Under the pieces are notes generated by a model. That model was not told the origin of the DNA. It saw only the letters and a program-made list of their open reading frames with translations, and made no database searches. A DNA stretch of 63,595 nucleotides, the filler included, from Guillardia theta CCMP2712 (taxonomy: Eukaryota; Protista; Cryptophyta): the NCBI RefSeq assembly GCF_000315625.1. It is 5 parts of 5 records of this genome, joined end to end, with 100 filler letters (N's around TTAATTAATTAA, not from the genome) between each part and the next. Parts side by side here need not be neighbours in the genome. Positions count along the whole stretch, not along the records: positions 31,914 to 48,412 come from NW_005434624.1; positions 48,513 to 56,957 come from NW_005434239.1; 3 more parts are not named here. One strand, 5' to 3'. The position numbers and the translations under genes are program-made. This document shows positions 39,230 through 52,153 of this stretch, one piece after another (position 1 is the stretch's first letter; the number at the start of each line of letters is the position of its first letter).

Positions 39230-40571
39230 GTTTTCTTGTCGCGCATCGGAGCAGCATGCTCTCGTCCACCTGCGTCGCTCCCTCCACCTCATCTCCATCC
39301 TCCTCATCTCTACGAGGAGGTGGTGGTGGTGGCACAGACAAGCCGAGAAGTGAGGGCGACTCCCCTCCTTTCCTCCTTGATCTCTTTGACCAGGCGTGCT
39401 CACGGGAAATTATTCTTCTGCCGCCATGTTCATGGACTTCGCCGTGTTCTGCATGACCATCTACTGCGAGGTCCGGGCTGCTCGATATCTGGTTTCTGCG
39501 TCTCATTGCAGCAGCGCTTGAAGCAGGAGCAAGAAAGTGCTCGCAGAGAGAAGACAAGGGAGGTGATGGGGCTGGCAAGGTTCTATGCCGAGAAGGACCC
39601 GCCGGACTACTCGAGGTCAGAGGAGAGGTGGAGAAGGTGGTTGTGTGAATCAGCCGCAGAGCAGCAGAGGCGTACGGCCAGGCAGCAGCGATGGGAGACG
39701 AGCTTGCGCGTTACAACCTTGCTGTGCTCTACCTACACGTCCGAACGCACAAACGACTCGCCTGCTCTGACTGCACGCAGGGGGTCGGGGTAGATCAAGA
39801 TTCGCAACTCGCAGCCTCGCTGCTGGCTAAAGCAGCAGAGCAGGTGGAGGAAGCAAAGGCGAGACTCCTGCTCACCCGCCTGGCAGAACCTGCCGGACGC
39901 CTCCTACCTGCTCGGCACCATGCACGTGCGGGGGCTGGGAGTTGAAAGTGAGCGCGAGGCTGATCGAGCGGAGCTGATGCGCACGTGCAGGGGACGCAGA
40001 GAAGGCGGTGAAGCTGTTCGAGCAGGCGGCAGCGATGGGTCAGCCTGAGCGTGAAGGCCAGGGATGTGACAAGCCCGCAGGACACGAGCACGCGATCGAA
40101 GCTCTTGCCGACTGCCATGCAAGGGGAATCGGAACCCGTCGATCGTTGCTCCGAGCAGCACAGCTGTTCTCGTACGCTTCATGGAGGAGGAGGAGGAGGA
40201 CTAATGTTTGCGATAGGGAAGCCGACCAAGCGAAGGGTCGAGAGCGACAGGTTAGAGGACACGTGGGAGGACACGATGAGCTGATGTAAGCAATGCAGTA
40301 TGATACTGTCAAATTCGCAGAGGTGCAGAATGAGGAGGAGGAGGAGGAGGCAGAAGGGGAAGAGAATAAGGGGAAGAAGGAAGGGAAGGAGAAAAAGGAA
40401 GAGGAGCAGGAGAGGAAGGAGAAGGTTGAAGAGGCAAGCGAGGTGAAGGTGAACCAAGACATGAGGTACGTGATCCAAGAGACAACAGCATTTGACGAGA
40501 GCACAGAAGGGCGGGAAGCACGGAGGAGGAAGCGAGCTTTGACTTTTCAGAGTCTCTCGACCCCGAGCTGA
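39230..40571 (+). CDS. SEL1-repeat protein, multi-exon
   Basis: AAAMGDELARYNLAVLYLH|GVGVDQDSQLAASLLAKAAEQ|NLPDASYLLGTMHVRGLGVE...KAVKLFEQAAAMG...ALADCHARGIG. Confidence 0.8.
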
Positions 40572-40616
40572 AGTTCTCGAATGATTGACATCTGCTACCT
40601 CTTTCCCTCTCTTGCC

Positions 40617-42000
40617 TTACCGTACTTGCTGTCTCAGACCCTGTCCCTCACTGCTCCTCCTATCCATCCCCCCCCTCCTCCTTGAGCAGATTCTGCATGC
40701 ATTCGAGAAGGCCGTATAGCTCCAGCTCCTGTGCTAACCGAGCGGAAGTTTGACATCGAATCACCTGTGCGGCGAGTGACTAAGTAGGAGGAGGAAAAGG
40801 AGGAGGGACGCAGAGGGAGAGGCGGGTGGAGGAGGGAGGGAGAGCGGGGGGCAGGGGAGGAAGAGGGAGAGGCGGGTGGAGGAGGGAGGGAGAGCGGGGG
40901 GCAGGGGAGGAAGAGGGAGAGGCGGGTGGAGGAGGGAGGGAGAGCGGGGGGAGGGGAGGAAGAGGGAGGGGAAGGGGGAGGGTTTAGGGTATAGGGTTTA
41001 GGCACCTCGAAGGAGGCGGTGAGAGCGGTGGCCTCCTCCACCTTCCCGTCGTGAATGACCTGAAGCATTCGCTCCTTGCATCGTCTACCGCGACTATCCA
41101 CATCCACCTGCTCCTCCGTCATGCCTGGCCGGTGCTCTCTCCTCCTCACCTGCTGGGTCCTGTGCAAGTGGAGGTATCTCGAGACCCTGTCCTCATCTCC
41201 TCTAACAACCTGGAACCTCCGTCACGGAGAGGAGAAGGAGGAGGAGGAAACCAGGTAGATGAGACGCTTCCACATGAAGAGTTTTCCCTGCAGACCTGCC
41301 ATGGTTCAGTCGCAAGACAAGCGGAGGGAGGGGGACCGAGCTCGAGAATCCAGCCGCTGATGGTGCGCGTGTACCTCCTCTCCTGACCGACCAAGTTACC
41401 ACAGCCAAGAACATGAGACATCGAACGACCTCGCGCATGTGATCTACTTTCAACACGCAGACACGGTGAGAAGAGGAGGAAGAAGAAGGGGTTGGTCGAG
41501 GAGGAGGGGGAGTATAGTTTGTTGAGCTGATCTCCTGCTGGTGTAGTCTTGAGGGTCTCTCAGAGCAGATTCAACTGACCTCATGGTACTCGTCGTGCGC
41601 CTCCTTCATCCTCTGCATGACCTCCGCCATGCACTCACTCCCTGCCGTCTCATCGACGCTCTTCCTAAGCGTCTCGTTTAGGGCCGCGTGCTCCTTTCGG
41701 TCCACCCCCGTCGCTATCAGCTCGCAGTCAGGCTTTACCAGGGGATAAGACTCGCCGAGGAGGAAGACGATGCGGAGCTTGCAGGAGCTGACTGAGCTGA
41801 CCAGGTCGAAGGTCAGCCGAAACTTCTGCTGCGATCCCTCGTCCTCCCATCCCTCAACGGCTACTTCATCCCCGAAAATCGCCATGGCAACCTGCATAAT
41901 CCATGAAACTCAAGCGAGTACGTTCCTCCTCCTCTCCTTCCTCTCCCCCTCTTTCGCTCACCTCCACCTCTTCTTGTCGTCGTTGCTCCGCCTCCTCCAT
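40617..42000 (-). CDS. RWD-domain + DUF1115 protein (RWDD2/3-like)
   Basis: AIFGDE...LGESYPLVKP (RWD); LKVDHMR and HRTQQ|VDVDSRGRRCKERML (DUF1115). Confidence 0.8.
40814..40960. repeat. 50-bp purine-rich tandem repeat, about 3 copies, intronic
   Basis: AGGGAGAGGCGGGTGGAGGAGGGAGG recurs at 40814, 40864 and 40914. Confidence 0.8.
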
Positions 42001-42121
42001 GGCTCTCTCCTCCCCGTTGCCGCTACCTCGCCATGGCAGTCACCCCGCATCCCTAGGACGAGTCTGCTGTCCTTGTACTACCTCTGAGGCGGACCCTGGA
42101 AGTGAGCTTCGTCGCCCCGTC

Positions 42122-42895
42122 ATGGCGTCGGGGGTGCGGTGGGAGGAGGCGAAGGAGGACGTGCGGCCGTTGAACGAGATGCCGCACGACATGGCGAAGC
42201 AGATCCTCACGATCGCACGCGAAGAGGTGCTTACCTCCTTCCATGCCGCCATGCCGCCATGCCGCCATGCTGCAATGCTAATGCCTGTAGCCAGATTCTC
42301 CATGGCCGCGATGCTCTCCGAAGTTTGGATGGACTTGCTGAAGAGCAGGGGATGGATGTAGACAGGCTGTGTGCAATCACTGATGCCATCGTCTTCATCG
42401 TCATGGAAGCGGCGAAGTGCAAGATGAGCGAGCAGGTGAGGGGGTGTGGTCGCGAGGGGGTATGGCTAATGCACGTGTCGTGATCAGGAGTTTCTCAACG
42501 TTGTGAGCGGGGTGGGGGTGGAGGAGAGGCTGCAAGAAGAGTTCAGCAGGGTGTATGGAGAGGTCGTCGACTACTCGCGGGAGATATCCTTCAGGCTGCA
42601 GCATGAACTCCCTTCCCTCTCCAGCATGCAATGGCGACTCGACGTTCAACTTGGAAGCAGATGCCTGCAAGGACAATGCTCGCCGTCGTTGATGATGAAG
42701 TTCGGGGTTGCGAAAGGGAAGGAGACCACAGAGCACCTCGTGCAGGTTCGTTCACCTGCTGGGTGCTATGAAACTGCTGATGGCTTTGACCAGGCTGAAA
42801 TCTGTGACGTGCAAAAGATTTGCGATGAGATACAGTCTGCGCTGCAAGAAGCCAAGTCAAATCATGCGAGAAAAGTAACGAGATTGCTTAAATGA
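42122..42895 (+). CDS. COMMD2: COMM domain protein, COMMD2-like
   Basis: C-terminal ELPSLSSMQWRLDVQLGSRCLQ...LQEAKSNHARKVTRLLK matches the COMMD2 COMM domain; head-to-head with the RWD gene about 120 bp away. Confidence 0.75.
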
Positions 42896-44086
42896 ATGAG
42901 GCTGAATCTGTTTGATGGTGAACGTGTACTTCGTCAGTCAACTTTGCAACCAACCTCAGTTCAACCCCTTCCCCTCATTCTCTTGGTTTCGAGTCCTACG
43001 AGCTGCTGCCGCTGCTACTTGCCTGCTGGCTCTTCCTCTCTGAGTATCTCCCTCCTCTCTCAGCCCAAGCCTCCTCCGAGCGGTAGTCGTTGTAGCAGCT
43101 GTGCCGGGTTGGGGCCCGCGCAGGCTTGGAAGCCTCGGAGTGAGTTCACCAGCACCTGAGAGTCTTCAGTCGCTCTCAGCGATCCGTCGGATAGTGATGG
43201 ATCGCGTGCCAGCCGTGCCAGTCAGATAGCACCGAGTCAACAACTTGAGACCGTACTCTCCTGTAAACCAAGACGACCCGGGCCTTACGTGTTGCGAGCG
43301 GCGGCACTGATGACTCCGAGGCTCGGATGTAGCACCATAGTACGTCAGATGAAGAGGAGTCCAACGGTCCTTCCTAGCCGTCTTGCTAAGGTCCGGGAGT
43401 CTCATGTCTGGATGCTTGGGTGACACAGCCTATCTCTCATGTGCTCCTCAATCCTTGTTTCGTGTGCATTAAACTCGGTCCAAAGGTCGGACTCGGGTGA
43501 GGTCGATATGAATATCCGAGTGCTGGTACAAGTCTAACAAACTTGTACTCCGTCAGATAGACTTGGCCCGGGGTCGGGCCGTACTACCGCCGTACTAGTA
43601 ACCGTCTGTAGTGGACCGGCGGGCATGGCCATGTAGAGCAGCCCAGTGTAGCTGACTCGGTAGGTAGCTGAGCCTTGTAGGGACACGGGAATGAGGGGGA
43701 TGAGTCAGCACGTCAAGTTGACCAACCACGAGTGCCTGCAGGCGACCGGTGAAGAGAAGAGAAGAGAAGAGAAGAGAAGAGAAGAGAAGAGAAGAGAAGA
43801 GAAGAGAGGAGAGGAGAGGAGAAGAGAACAGAAGAGAAGAGAAGAGAAGAGAAGAGAAGAGAAGAGAGGCGGAGAGAAGAGAAGAGAAGCAAAGCGAAGC
43901 GGAGAGAAGCACAGCACAGCACAGGAGAGAAGAACAGAGAAGAGAAGACCACAACAGAGAGTTGCGACATTGTTGTTCCAAATTCCATCTTGAATTTTTG
44001 TTGAAAGGATGAAGACACGCTGTTGATGCTTCATGGGGGGTTGCAGGACTACAAGGGCCGAGGGCCCTCAGCCCCACAGCCTGAAC

Positions 44087-47000
44087 ATGGCAGAAGTGAG
44101 ACAAGAAGAGGAGCTGCCAGGCACCATGCTCAGAGAGGATCAAGAGTCCTCCACCATCTTTCACCTCACTTCCATCTCGCCCGCATCCACCCGCTGGGGG
44201 AAGGTGCGAGCTCTTGCTCGTCGACTTGTTGAGAGGTGGGAGTTCATGGCGATGGTGTATGGAGCCATCGCATTTGACAGCATGCTCATGGGCTTCGACG
44301 ACGCGTCGGTGCAACGTGACCCCTCCTCCCCCTTACATCCTCTCCTCGACTACTCCAACTGGATCGTCATGTCCTTCTTCACCGTTGAGGTCGGGCTCAA
44401 GATGTTTGCCTACGGCGTCTACAGCAAGCAGACGGACCAGATGGCAGCAGGCGATAGCATGTCGTCGTTACAAGACGAGGACGAGGACGAGGACACGAAG
44501 CACGGGTACTTCTCGAGCAGCTGGAACCTCTTCGACTTCAGCATCGTGTCGCTGTCATGGTTGCTGCTGCTGTACCAGCTCTTCCTCGACAGACGAGCCT
44601 CGGGGAAGATAGCGCGGGCCTTGAGGATCGCCAGGCCTCTCAGGGCCTTCCGGGTGCTGGAGGGGACGAGGCACGTGCTCCTTACCTTCCCCAAGGCTAT
44701 CCTCGACATCCGAGACGTTCTCTCTCTCCTCCTCTTCATCTTCCTCGTCTACGCCATCCTTGGCCTCAACCTCTTCGGCCTCGACGGCAAGTTCCACGGG
44801 AGGTGCGTCGTCGAGGGAGGGTACGAGCACGGCACCCACGGCTTTCTCTTGCTGGGGAGATACGACTACTCAGCTCCTGTGTGCGGCTCCTCCTCCTTCT
44901 GCCCAGCTGGGTTTCGCTGCAGCTGCAAGGCAGACGTTCTTCCTGACGGGACCCTCCAGCCCCCTCCCTACGCCTTCCAAGACCCTCAGACGGGGGACCC
45001 AGGCTGCCTCCGCCAGCCGTCTCCTCGGCCATGGGCGGACGGAGGAGAAACGCGAGGCCCCACGTGCCCCAACTACGGGTTCGCCTGCTTCGACAACTTC
45101 GCTGTAGCGATCTTCACGATCTTCACGAGCATCACGATGGACTCGTGGAGCAACACCATGTGGTGGGGGGAGGACGCGACCGACGACTTCATCTCCGTCC
45201 TCTACTTCTCTTCTCTGGTCGGCATTGTCGCCTTCAACGTGGTCAACCTCAACACCGCTGTCATCTCTTCCGCCTACCGCAAAGTCCGCGAGGAGGCAAG
45301 GGAGGCGAGCAGGGCGCGCGCCAGGAAGCACGTGGAGAGAAAGTCTCGCGTCCTGCAGCTGCAGCTCCGGTTCTCCGAATGGCTGAAGGAGGGCGAGAGG
45401 AGGAGGACGCAGCCCCTGAACCAGCTCTCGCTCCTGGCCAGGAAGATCACGACATTTCCGCAAGAGGTGAACGAGTGCGGGGAGCTGCTTCCTTCCGACC
45501 TCCTCCACGTCCTTCGCTCCAAGAACGTTCGCGTCTACTTCGGCCCCAGCAGCCATCAGTGGAGGGCCACAGCACGGGACTCGCTGCTCTTCCGCTCCGT
45601 CGACCTCCAGGACGGGGAGGAGCCAGCAGTGCGGAGAAAGATCGAGAAGGATGAGGTGATTGGGGAGGGAACGTTCAGCGACGACAACTTCCATGAGCTG
45701 CGCGAGCTGCTGGGCTCTCTACATCATGAGGCTGCCGGAAAAAGAAACATCAAGTACCGGGTGATTTCTCCTCCGCCCCGCATTCATTCTCCTCCTACTC
45801 ATACTCATACTCATACTCATACTCATACTCATACTCATACTCATACTCATACTCATACTCATACTCATACTCATACTCATACTTCTGATATTCTTCGCTT
45901 TCCTCTCAGTTCCTTTCATCCTTCTCCTTTCATCGTTGCTCTCCCACCATTTTCTCGTCTCCTCCCTCTGACTTCATCTTCTCCCCCTCTTGCGCTCTTT
46001 CCTCCTCAGATGCTGTCCTTTCTCTCTACCTTTCCCTCCGTGCTTGCCACTAGCTGAAGGAGTTTCCGCAGGGAGCGGAGGACGTGTTGTTTGACAAGGT
46101 GAAGGAGGTCGGGGGAGGAGGAGAAGCATTGAAAGGCTCCTACAGATCATCCTCACGTTGATTATCCTCAACACCATCCTCCTCGCTCTTGACTACTACG
46201 AGGGGATTCCAGTGCAGGCACGTTGAGAGAGGAGGAGGAGGAGGAGGAGGAGGAGGAGGAGGAGGAGGAGGAGGAGGAGGAGGACTGAATGGAGGCCGAG
46301 CAGGTACAAGGTGACTTTTTCCCGCAAGACAACTGCTGCGACGAGTCATGCTCGAAACGAGACATCGGCTTGTGCTTCCGCGGTCTCCTCCAGCAACCGG
46401 CCAACTGGTCGAGCTTCCTGCTGGTAAGAGATCCGGCACACCTCGTGCGTCTGACAGCTGCTGCAGATCGCCGAAGGTGTCTTTGCGTTCCTGTTCAGCG
46501 TGAGATTTCACTCTTCGTCTTGCTCCTATGCTTCTTCTTTCCCTTCCTCATCCTCCTCCTCCCTCCTCGTTCCAACCTTCTTTGCTGTTGTTCCTCCTCT
46601 CTGGACTCCTTCTTCCTCCGCTTTCTTTTCTTTCTCTCAGCACTCTGCTGCTCCTCTCGTCCTGCCTCTCACTCTTCCTCCAGCTAGAGGTAGTGCTCAA
46701 GGTTGCCTCTTTTGCTTCCTTCCGCAAGTACATCAAGCAGAGGTTCCCTTACAACCTCGCCGACTTCGTCATCGTCATCACCTCTGACTGCATGTACATC
46801 ATTGCGCTTACATCCACAAGCCTTCTCAGGTTGGATGCCTCCCCCTCCCTCCTCCTCCTGTTCCCTTTTCCTCCCCCTACTCCTCCTCCTCCTCCTCCTC
46901 CTCCTCAGTCTTCCTGTCTTCATTCTCCTCCCCCCTCATCCCTCCTCCTATGCTTCCTCCTTTCTTCTCTCACTGTCTGTCAGGATTTCCTTTCTTCGCC

Positions 47001-48340
47001 TCATTCGCATTCTCCGTGCCTTCCGCCTCTTCTCGCGCTTTCGCCGCCTCCGCATCCTCGTTCAGAAGGCGATCGCGAGCTTCAATGCCATCCTCCACGT
47101 CCTCCTCGTCCTTATCCTCTGGCACATCATCGCTGCTCTCCTCGGCATGCAGATCTTCGGCTGCGATGTGCGACGAGACGACGTGTGTGAGCTCGACCAA
47201 GGAGGAGGAGGAGGAGGAGGAGTGTGTCCGTCAGGTTGCTCGCTGAGGGTAGGGGATCAGTGTTTCTTCAGCGAGGAGGAGGCGTTCAACTTCTGCCCGT
47301 GGGACTCGGACTGGAACTTCAACTCGTTCCGCAACGCCATCATCCTCCTCGTCTTCGTCACCACCGGCGAGAACTGGGTGGACAACATGGAGAAGGGGAT
47401 GAGGCACACGGAGAGCGTGTGGCCGGGGCTGCTCTACTTCCTCGTCTTCTACATCGTCTCCTTCTACATGCTCCTGAACCTCTTCGTCGGCGTCATCCTC
47501 GAGGAGTTTGAGCTCTCCGACGACTCCAAGGAAGGCCTCCAGGTCGGCGCCTTCCGCGTCTCGATCCTCAAGACGATCAAGAGGAGGAGGAGGAGGAGGA
47601 GGAGGAGAAGCATGGTCTCTTCCGCTGGAGGAACTAGCGAGCACGGCGAGCAGGTTGTCTCCTCGCAGACAAACTTCACCGGCATGATCGATGGCCTCGT
47701 CGCCTTCACTGCCAACCCCGAGCAAGCGCCGCTGTCCCCCTCCCTCTCACAGTCCGGCCGTGAAGCGCAGCGCGACAGCATGGGGATGGAGGAGGAGGAG
47801 GAGGTAAGGAGAGCGCACCATGGCAGCATGTACTGAGAGAGCAGCAGGAGGCTCAAGCGAAGGGGTCAGAGGAGGACTACTTCTCCCTAGGGCTGCTTCC
47901 TCCTCCCACTCCTAACGCTCGATTCCCTGATGCCCCTCGCAACCTTCGCTCCTACGCACGCGCTATCGTTAGAAGTGCCTGGTTCGAGCGACTCATCCTC
48001 CTCGCCATCGTCCTGGTACCTCCCCTCCTCCTTCTCCTCCTCCTCCTCCCCTCCTCTTCCTTCCCCGCCTCCTCCTGCCCTTTCGTCCTTCACTCTCTTC
48101 ATCTCTCTCCTCCCTCTTTCTTTTCCTCGCCTCACATCATCGCAGTCTGCTGTGATTCTCTTCATGGAGTCGCCTGTCTCGCAGTACTCGTCTCTCTCCT
48201 CCCACACGTCTCACCTCGCCGACTACGTCTTCTTCACCATCTTCCTCCTCGAGTTTCTTCTCAAGATCATTGACCTCGGCGTCTACTGGGAGCATCCGAA
48301 CGCTTTCTTCCGTCTCTCCTGGAACATCCTTGACTTCCTG
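44087..48340 (+). CDS. Four-domain voltage-gated Ca/Na channel alpha subunit (domains I, II and start of III; truncated by the scaffold end)
   Basis: YFSSSWNLFDF; S4 segments RALRIARPLRAFR and RLIRILRAFRLFSR; pore loops FTSITMDSW and FVTTGENW; S6 LNLFVGVILEEF; domain III FFRLSWNILDF. Confidence 0.9.
45797..45883. repeat. (ACTCAT)n hexamer microsatellite in a channel intron
   Basis: Directly visible. Confidence 0.9.
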
Positions 48341-48412
48341 TGAGAACCTCCTCTCTCCTCCCTCCTCCCTCCTCCCTCCTCTCTCCTCTCTCCTCTCTCC
48401 TCTCTCCTCTCT

Positions 48413-48512
48413 NNNNNNNNNNNNNNNNNNNNNNNNNNNNNNNNNNNNNNNNNNNNTTAATTAATTAANNNNNNNNNNNNNNNNNNNNNNNNNNNNNNNN
48501 NNNNNNNNNNNN
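48413..48512. other. Artificial scaffold-joining spacer
   Basis: N-TTAATTAATTAA-N. Confidence 0.95.
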
Positions 48513-48513
48513 T

Positions 48514-49122
48514 CGGTCACGACCCAAGAAAGTAGAATCTGCTGAATATCTCCTTGAAAAGGCCATTGAAGACTTTGAATATATCAGGGATGAGCTAGGC
48601 TTTAAATGTATGCCACTTTATCCCAAAGACCCAAATGATCCAAAAAATAAAAAATTCAAGTCAAATATGATCATCAAAAAGAAATATGCCTTTCCTGCTG
48701 AGTGGCAAAAGGATGAGACACACAACAAAGAGACATTAAAGATATGGCACAAAGAAATTAAATCAACGATCAATAGAGAGAAGGCAGTTAAATATGCTGT
48801 CCTTACTGGTAAGGTCAATAATTTAACCGTCATCGATCTTGACATTGCCAAAGCTGAAGAACGAGATAATGATATTGAAAAACTAATTGATGATGTTCAA
48901 ACCTTTCAAGTCTCAACGCCCAACGGCTCACATCATTACTTTCTTTATTGCCCGTATATAAAGACTTCATCAAATTTCCTCGATTATATAGACTTTCGCA
49001 ATGAAGGCGGATGCGCTATTGGTGCGGGTGTGTTGCGTGATGATGGATTCTATGCAATAAAGCAAAAATATGAGTTAAAAGAAATTCCAAAAATCTTATC
49101 CCCCCCTCTTTATAAAGATTGA
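48514..49122 (+). pseudogene. Bifunctional primase-polymerase (Prim-Pol) domain fragment of viral/mobile-element type
   Basis: YAVLTGKVNNLTVIDLD...VSTPNGSHHYF...IDFRNEGG motifs; AT-rich and intronless; frame open from the scaffold edge; stops right after the domain with no helicase. Confidence 0.75.
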
Positions 49123-52100
49123 TCGCGTTGGATGTATATATGTAACTTCGTCATGCCCTGAACTTTTTTGCAAACCTCCTATGAAGTGTTGAAATATTCA
49201 ACCGACATACTTTCAAATCTACCCATCAGGTCAGTGAAATTTGAATTTCCAATACTAATGTTTAGTCAACCCCAACTTCACTTTGAATTTGTGCCGTTGT
49301 ACAGTTCGAGCACTGTCCTCGCATTCCGTTCCAGTTAAGATCGAGCTGTGCGGCAGTATCGAAAGGGGTTCTTATTCTCAAATATTTTGATCTCAAGGTT
49401 CTGAAATTTTGTACCACGATTGAAACAGGTTCTGAAATATTATTGTCTGACGAAAAGAATCCTTTTCGCACAATTTTGAGCCATCTCCCCCCTCAAGCCC
49501 ACCGTAATTCCCCGGCGCGCGCCGTGCCTGTGAAAATTTTTGCAATGGTCATGCTTCAGAGAAGCACGAATGAGGGTTCCATCTCTTACAAACAACATGT
49601 TTCTATGCCATGGTTGCTTTTCTGAGAATGGTTTTGATCAAGGCTAGCATATTCCAAATCAGTATTTGATGCATGGTGTAGGTTTGTCTATGAAATCGGT
49701 GTATACAAAAGTGATTTGATGTTGGTTGTTCAATTTTGCCACTTATTGCTCCTTGCGATGATGGGGCAAAATCGTTATTATTGTAGCGTCATTACTCATG
49801 CACAATTATGGAGTGTGTTGGATGTGAATGTATTTGAGTCGAGCCAGTGACTTGTCAACCTGTTCTCATGTCCACCAACAACTTGTAAATCAACAAGATG
49901 TAAATCCTCGGTGAGCTTTGATTGCTGCAAGATTTCAAAGACTCGAATACATTCCTAGCACAGTATTTCAGCTTAGAGTTTTTCTTTAGAGCAGGCTGTC
50001 TGATGCACTATGTAGAAGGGAGAAAACTTTTCGCAGTGATTAACAGCAAAGAATTCAAGCCAGATGCGTTTTCAATTAGGAGAGCAGTGCTGATGCATTG
50101 CTCTGAGGCTGTCAAATTTGTTACGGTGCAGATGAATTCCTTGTAAACTTTCAATTGCAGAAATTTTCAGATGAAGATGTTCCGTGAGTAGAGTTGAGAT
50201 CATGTATGAAGTCTCGATGAAATGAATGAGTTTTGACAAAATCAGGCTTTTCGAACATGTGTTCAGTTTTCCAGGGCCTCAGTATTGGCAAGGCTTTGAC
50301 ATGATGCCAAACATTCATATGTCTTTAGGGACACACATGTGCGGCATATGCGTGCATGTACTAAAAGACTTGCATGTTTCTGTTGTAAGTCGATCTACAG
50401 AGAAACCTTGCCACCGCGCATGCTAGTTCGAATCTTTTATTGAAAATAGACATGTTCATTACTGGACTGCATCTACACGATCAATAAGCCCATCCTTCCT
50501 TGTGCATTTGAACTCCGATGTTCAAGTATGTGATCATTGCCACGTGGGTGACACCGCACAAAATACAAGAAATTTTCTTGCTTCTTGGATNNNNNNNNNN
50601 NNNNNNNNNNNNNNNNNNNNNNNNNNNNNNNNNNNNNNNNNNNNNNNNNNNNNNNNNNNNNNNNNNNNNNNNNNNNNNNNNNNNNNNNNNNNNNNNNNNN
50701 NNNNNNNNNNNNNNNNNNNNNNNNNNNNNNNNNNNNNNNNNNNNNNNNNNNNNNNNNNNNNNNNNNNNNNNNNNNNNNNNNNNNNNNNNNNNNNNNNNNN
50801 NNNNNNNNNNNNNNNNNNNNNNNNNNNNNNNNNNNNNNNNNNNNNNNNNNNNNNNNNNNNNNNNNNNNNNNNNNNNNNNNNNNNNNNNNNNNNNNNNNNN
50901 NNNNNNNNNNNNNNNNNNNNNNNNNNNNNNNNNNNNNNNNNNNNNNNNNNNNNNNNNNNNNNNNNNNNNNNNNNNNNNNNNNNNNNNNNNNNNNNNNNNN
51001 NNNNNNNNNNNNNNNAAGTTCCCTGACTTCGAAAAGCGTTGACATACATCGAAGTTTGAATCCATTGCACTTGGTTCATCACCACAACAGAGCTGCATTC
51101 ATGCAAGGTAGGTTCTTTTCAAGACCCTTCTTGTATCTATGCAACAATACAACATGATTCGAAGCATACACGCATGAAGATTCGATTGCAACACGTCCTC
51201 ATGGTATCATGGCCATCGCTCCTTGTCGTGGCTCAAGCAGAAGGCGTGTGGGGTTGAGGAATAGACCCACCCCTACCTTCCGATTTCCATCTACTCAGGC
51301 TTTTTCAAAGGTAGGGGGTACTAGCTTTGGTCAAAGTAATTTGATTCAAATTTCCCTTGCGAGAGGGTCATTGAGCTACGGACCACAGGGGTGGGTGCTG
51401 TTTGACCACTTACCGGTAATCGAATATGATACTTTTCGACGCCAATTCCAGTACGGAGAGCCCATACTTTTAAGATTTCATCCTTCCTCCCTTGAATCCG
51501 ATCCACCCCACCCTGACTCTGACGGAGGGAAACGTACGGGTTCTCTAAACTATCTGAAACCACCCATGCGAACCTCACAGAAAATGAGGGACTTTTGTGG
51601 TACAACCTCATGTATGGGGAGCCCTGAGGACCTCCGTACAAATACCACAACGCTTTGGAATAAGTATTTTAAGGGCAGTACAAACAAAACGCCCTGGTAC
51701 TAAAGATTCCAGAAGGGGATTGGAACGGAATGGCACTGTCCAGCGTCTTTCCTTCATGCTCCTCCCTCAAGGTATGTTCCCACTTGCATGCAACTTTAGA
51801 TGACTCTCACTTCGCTATGCTAATATTTCATGCAGATACTGCTCTAGCCGACCTATTCACGTAACCATCAGATTTTAGCGTTCATAACAGCATGCATCGC
51901 ATCGCATGCATCGCCAGGGCGACAGAAGTGGAAGGAATACAGTCCCCCTCCCATCTGCACGGAAACAGAAGAGGAGCGAAATTGAAATGACATATGGATC
52001 TTCTTTCACCTGAGGTGATGTGCATGAAGTTATGTTAGGCAATATTGCATGACACTCTTCTCAGCAACCAACTTTCGGAGGCTTGCCATTCCTCCAGATG

Positions 52101-52153
52101 TGACGATGGCAGGGAATGTTAATTAGGTTCAGGTTCTTCCCGAGTTGTGAACC

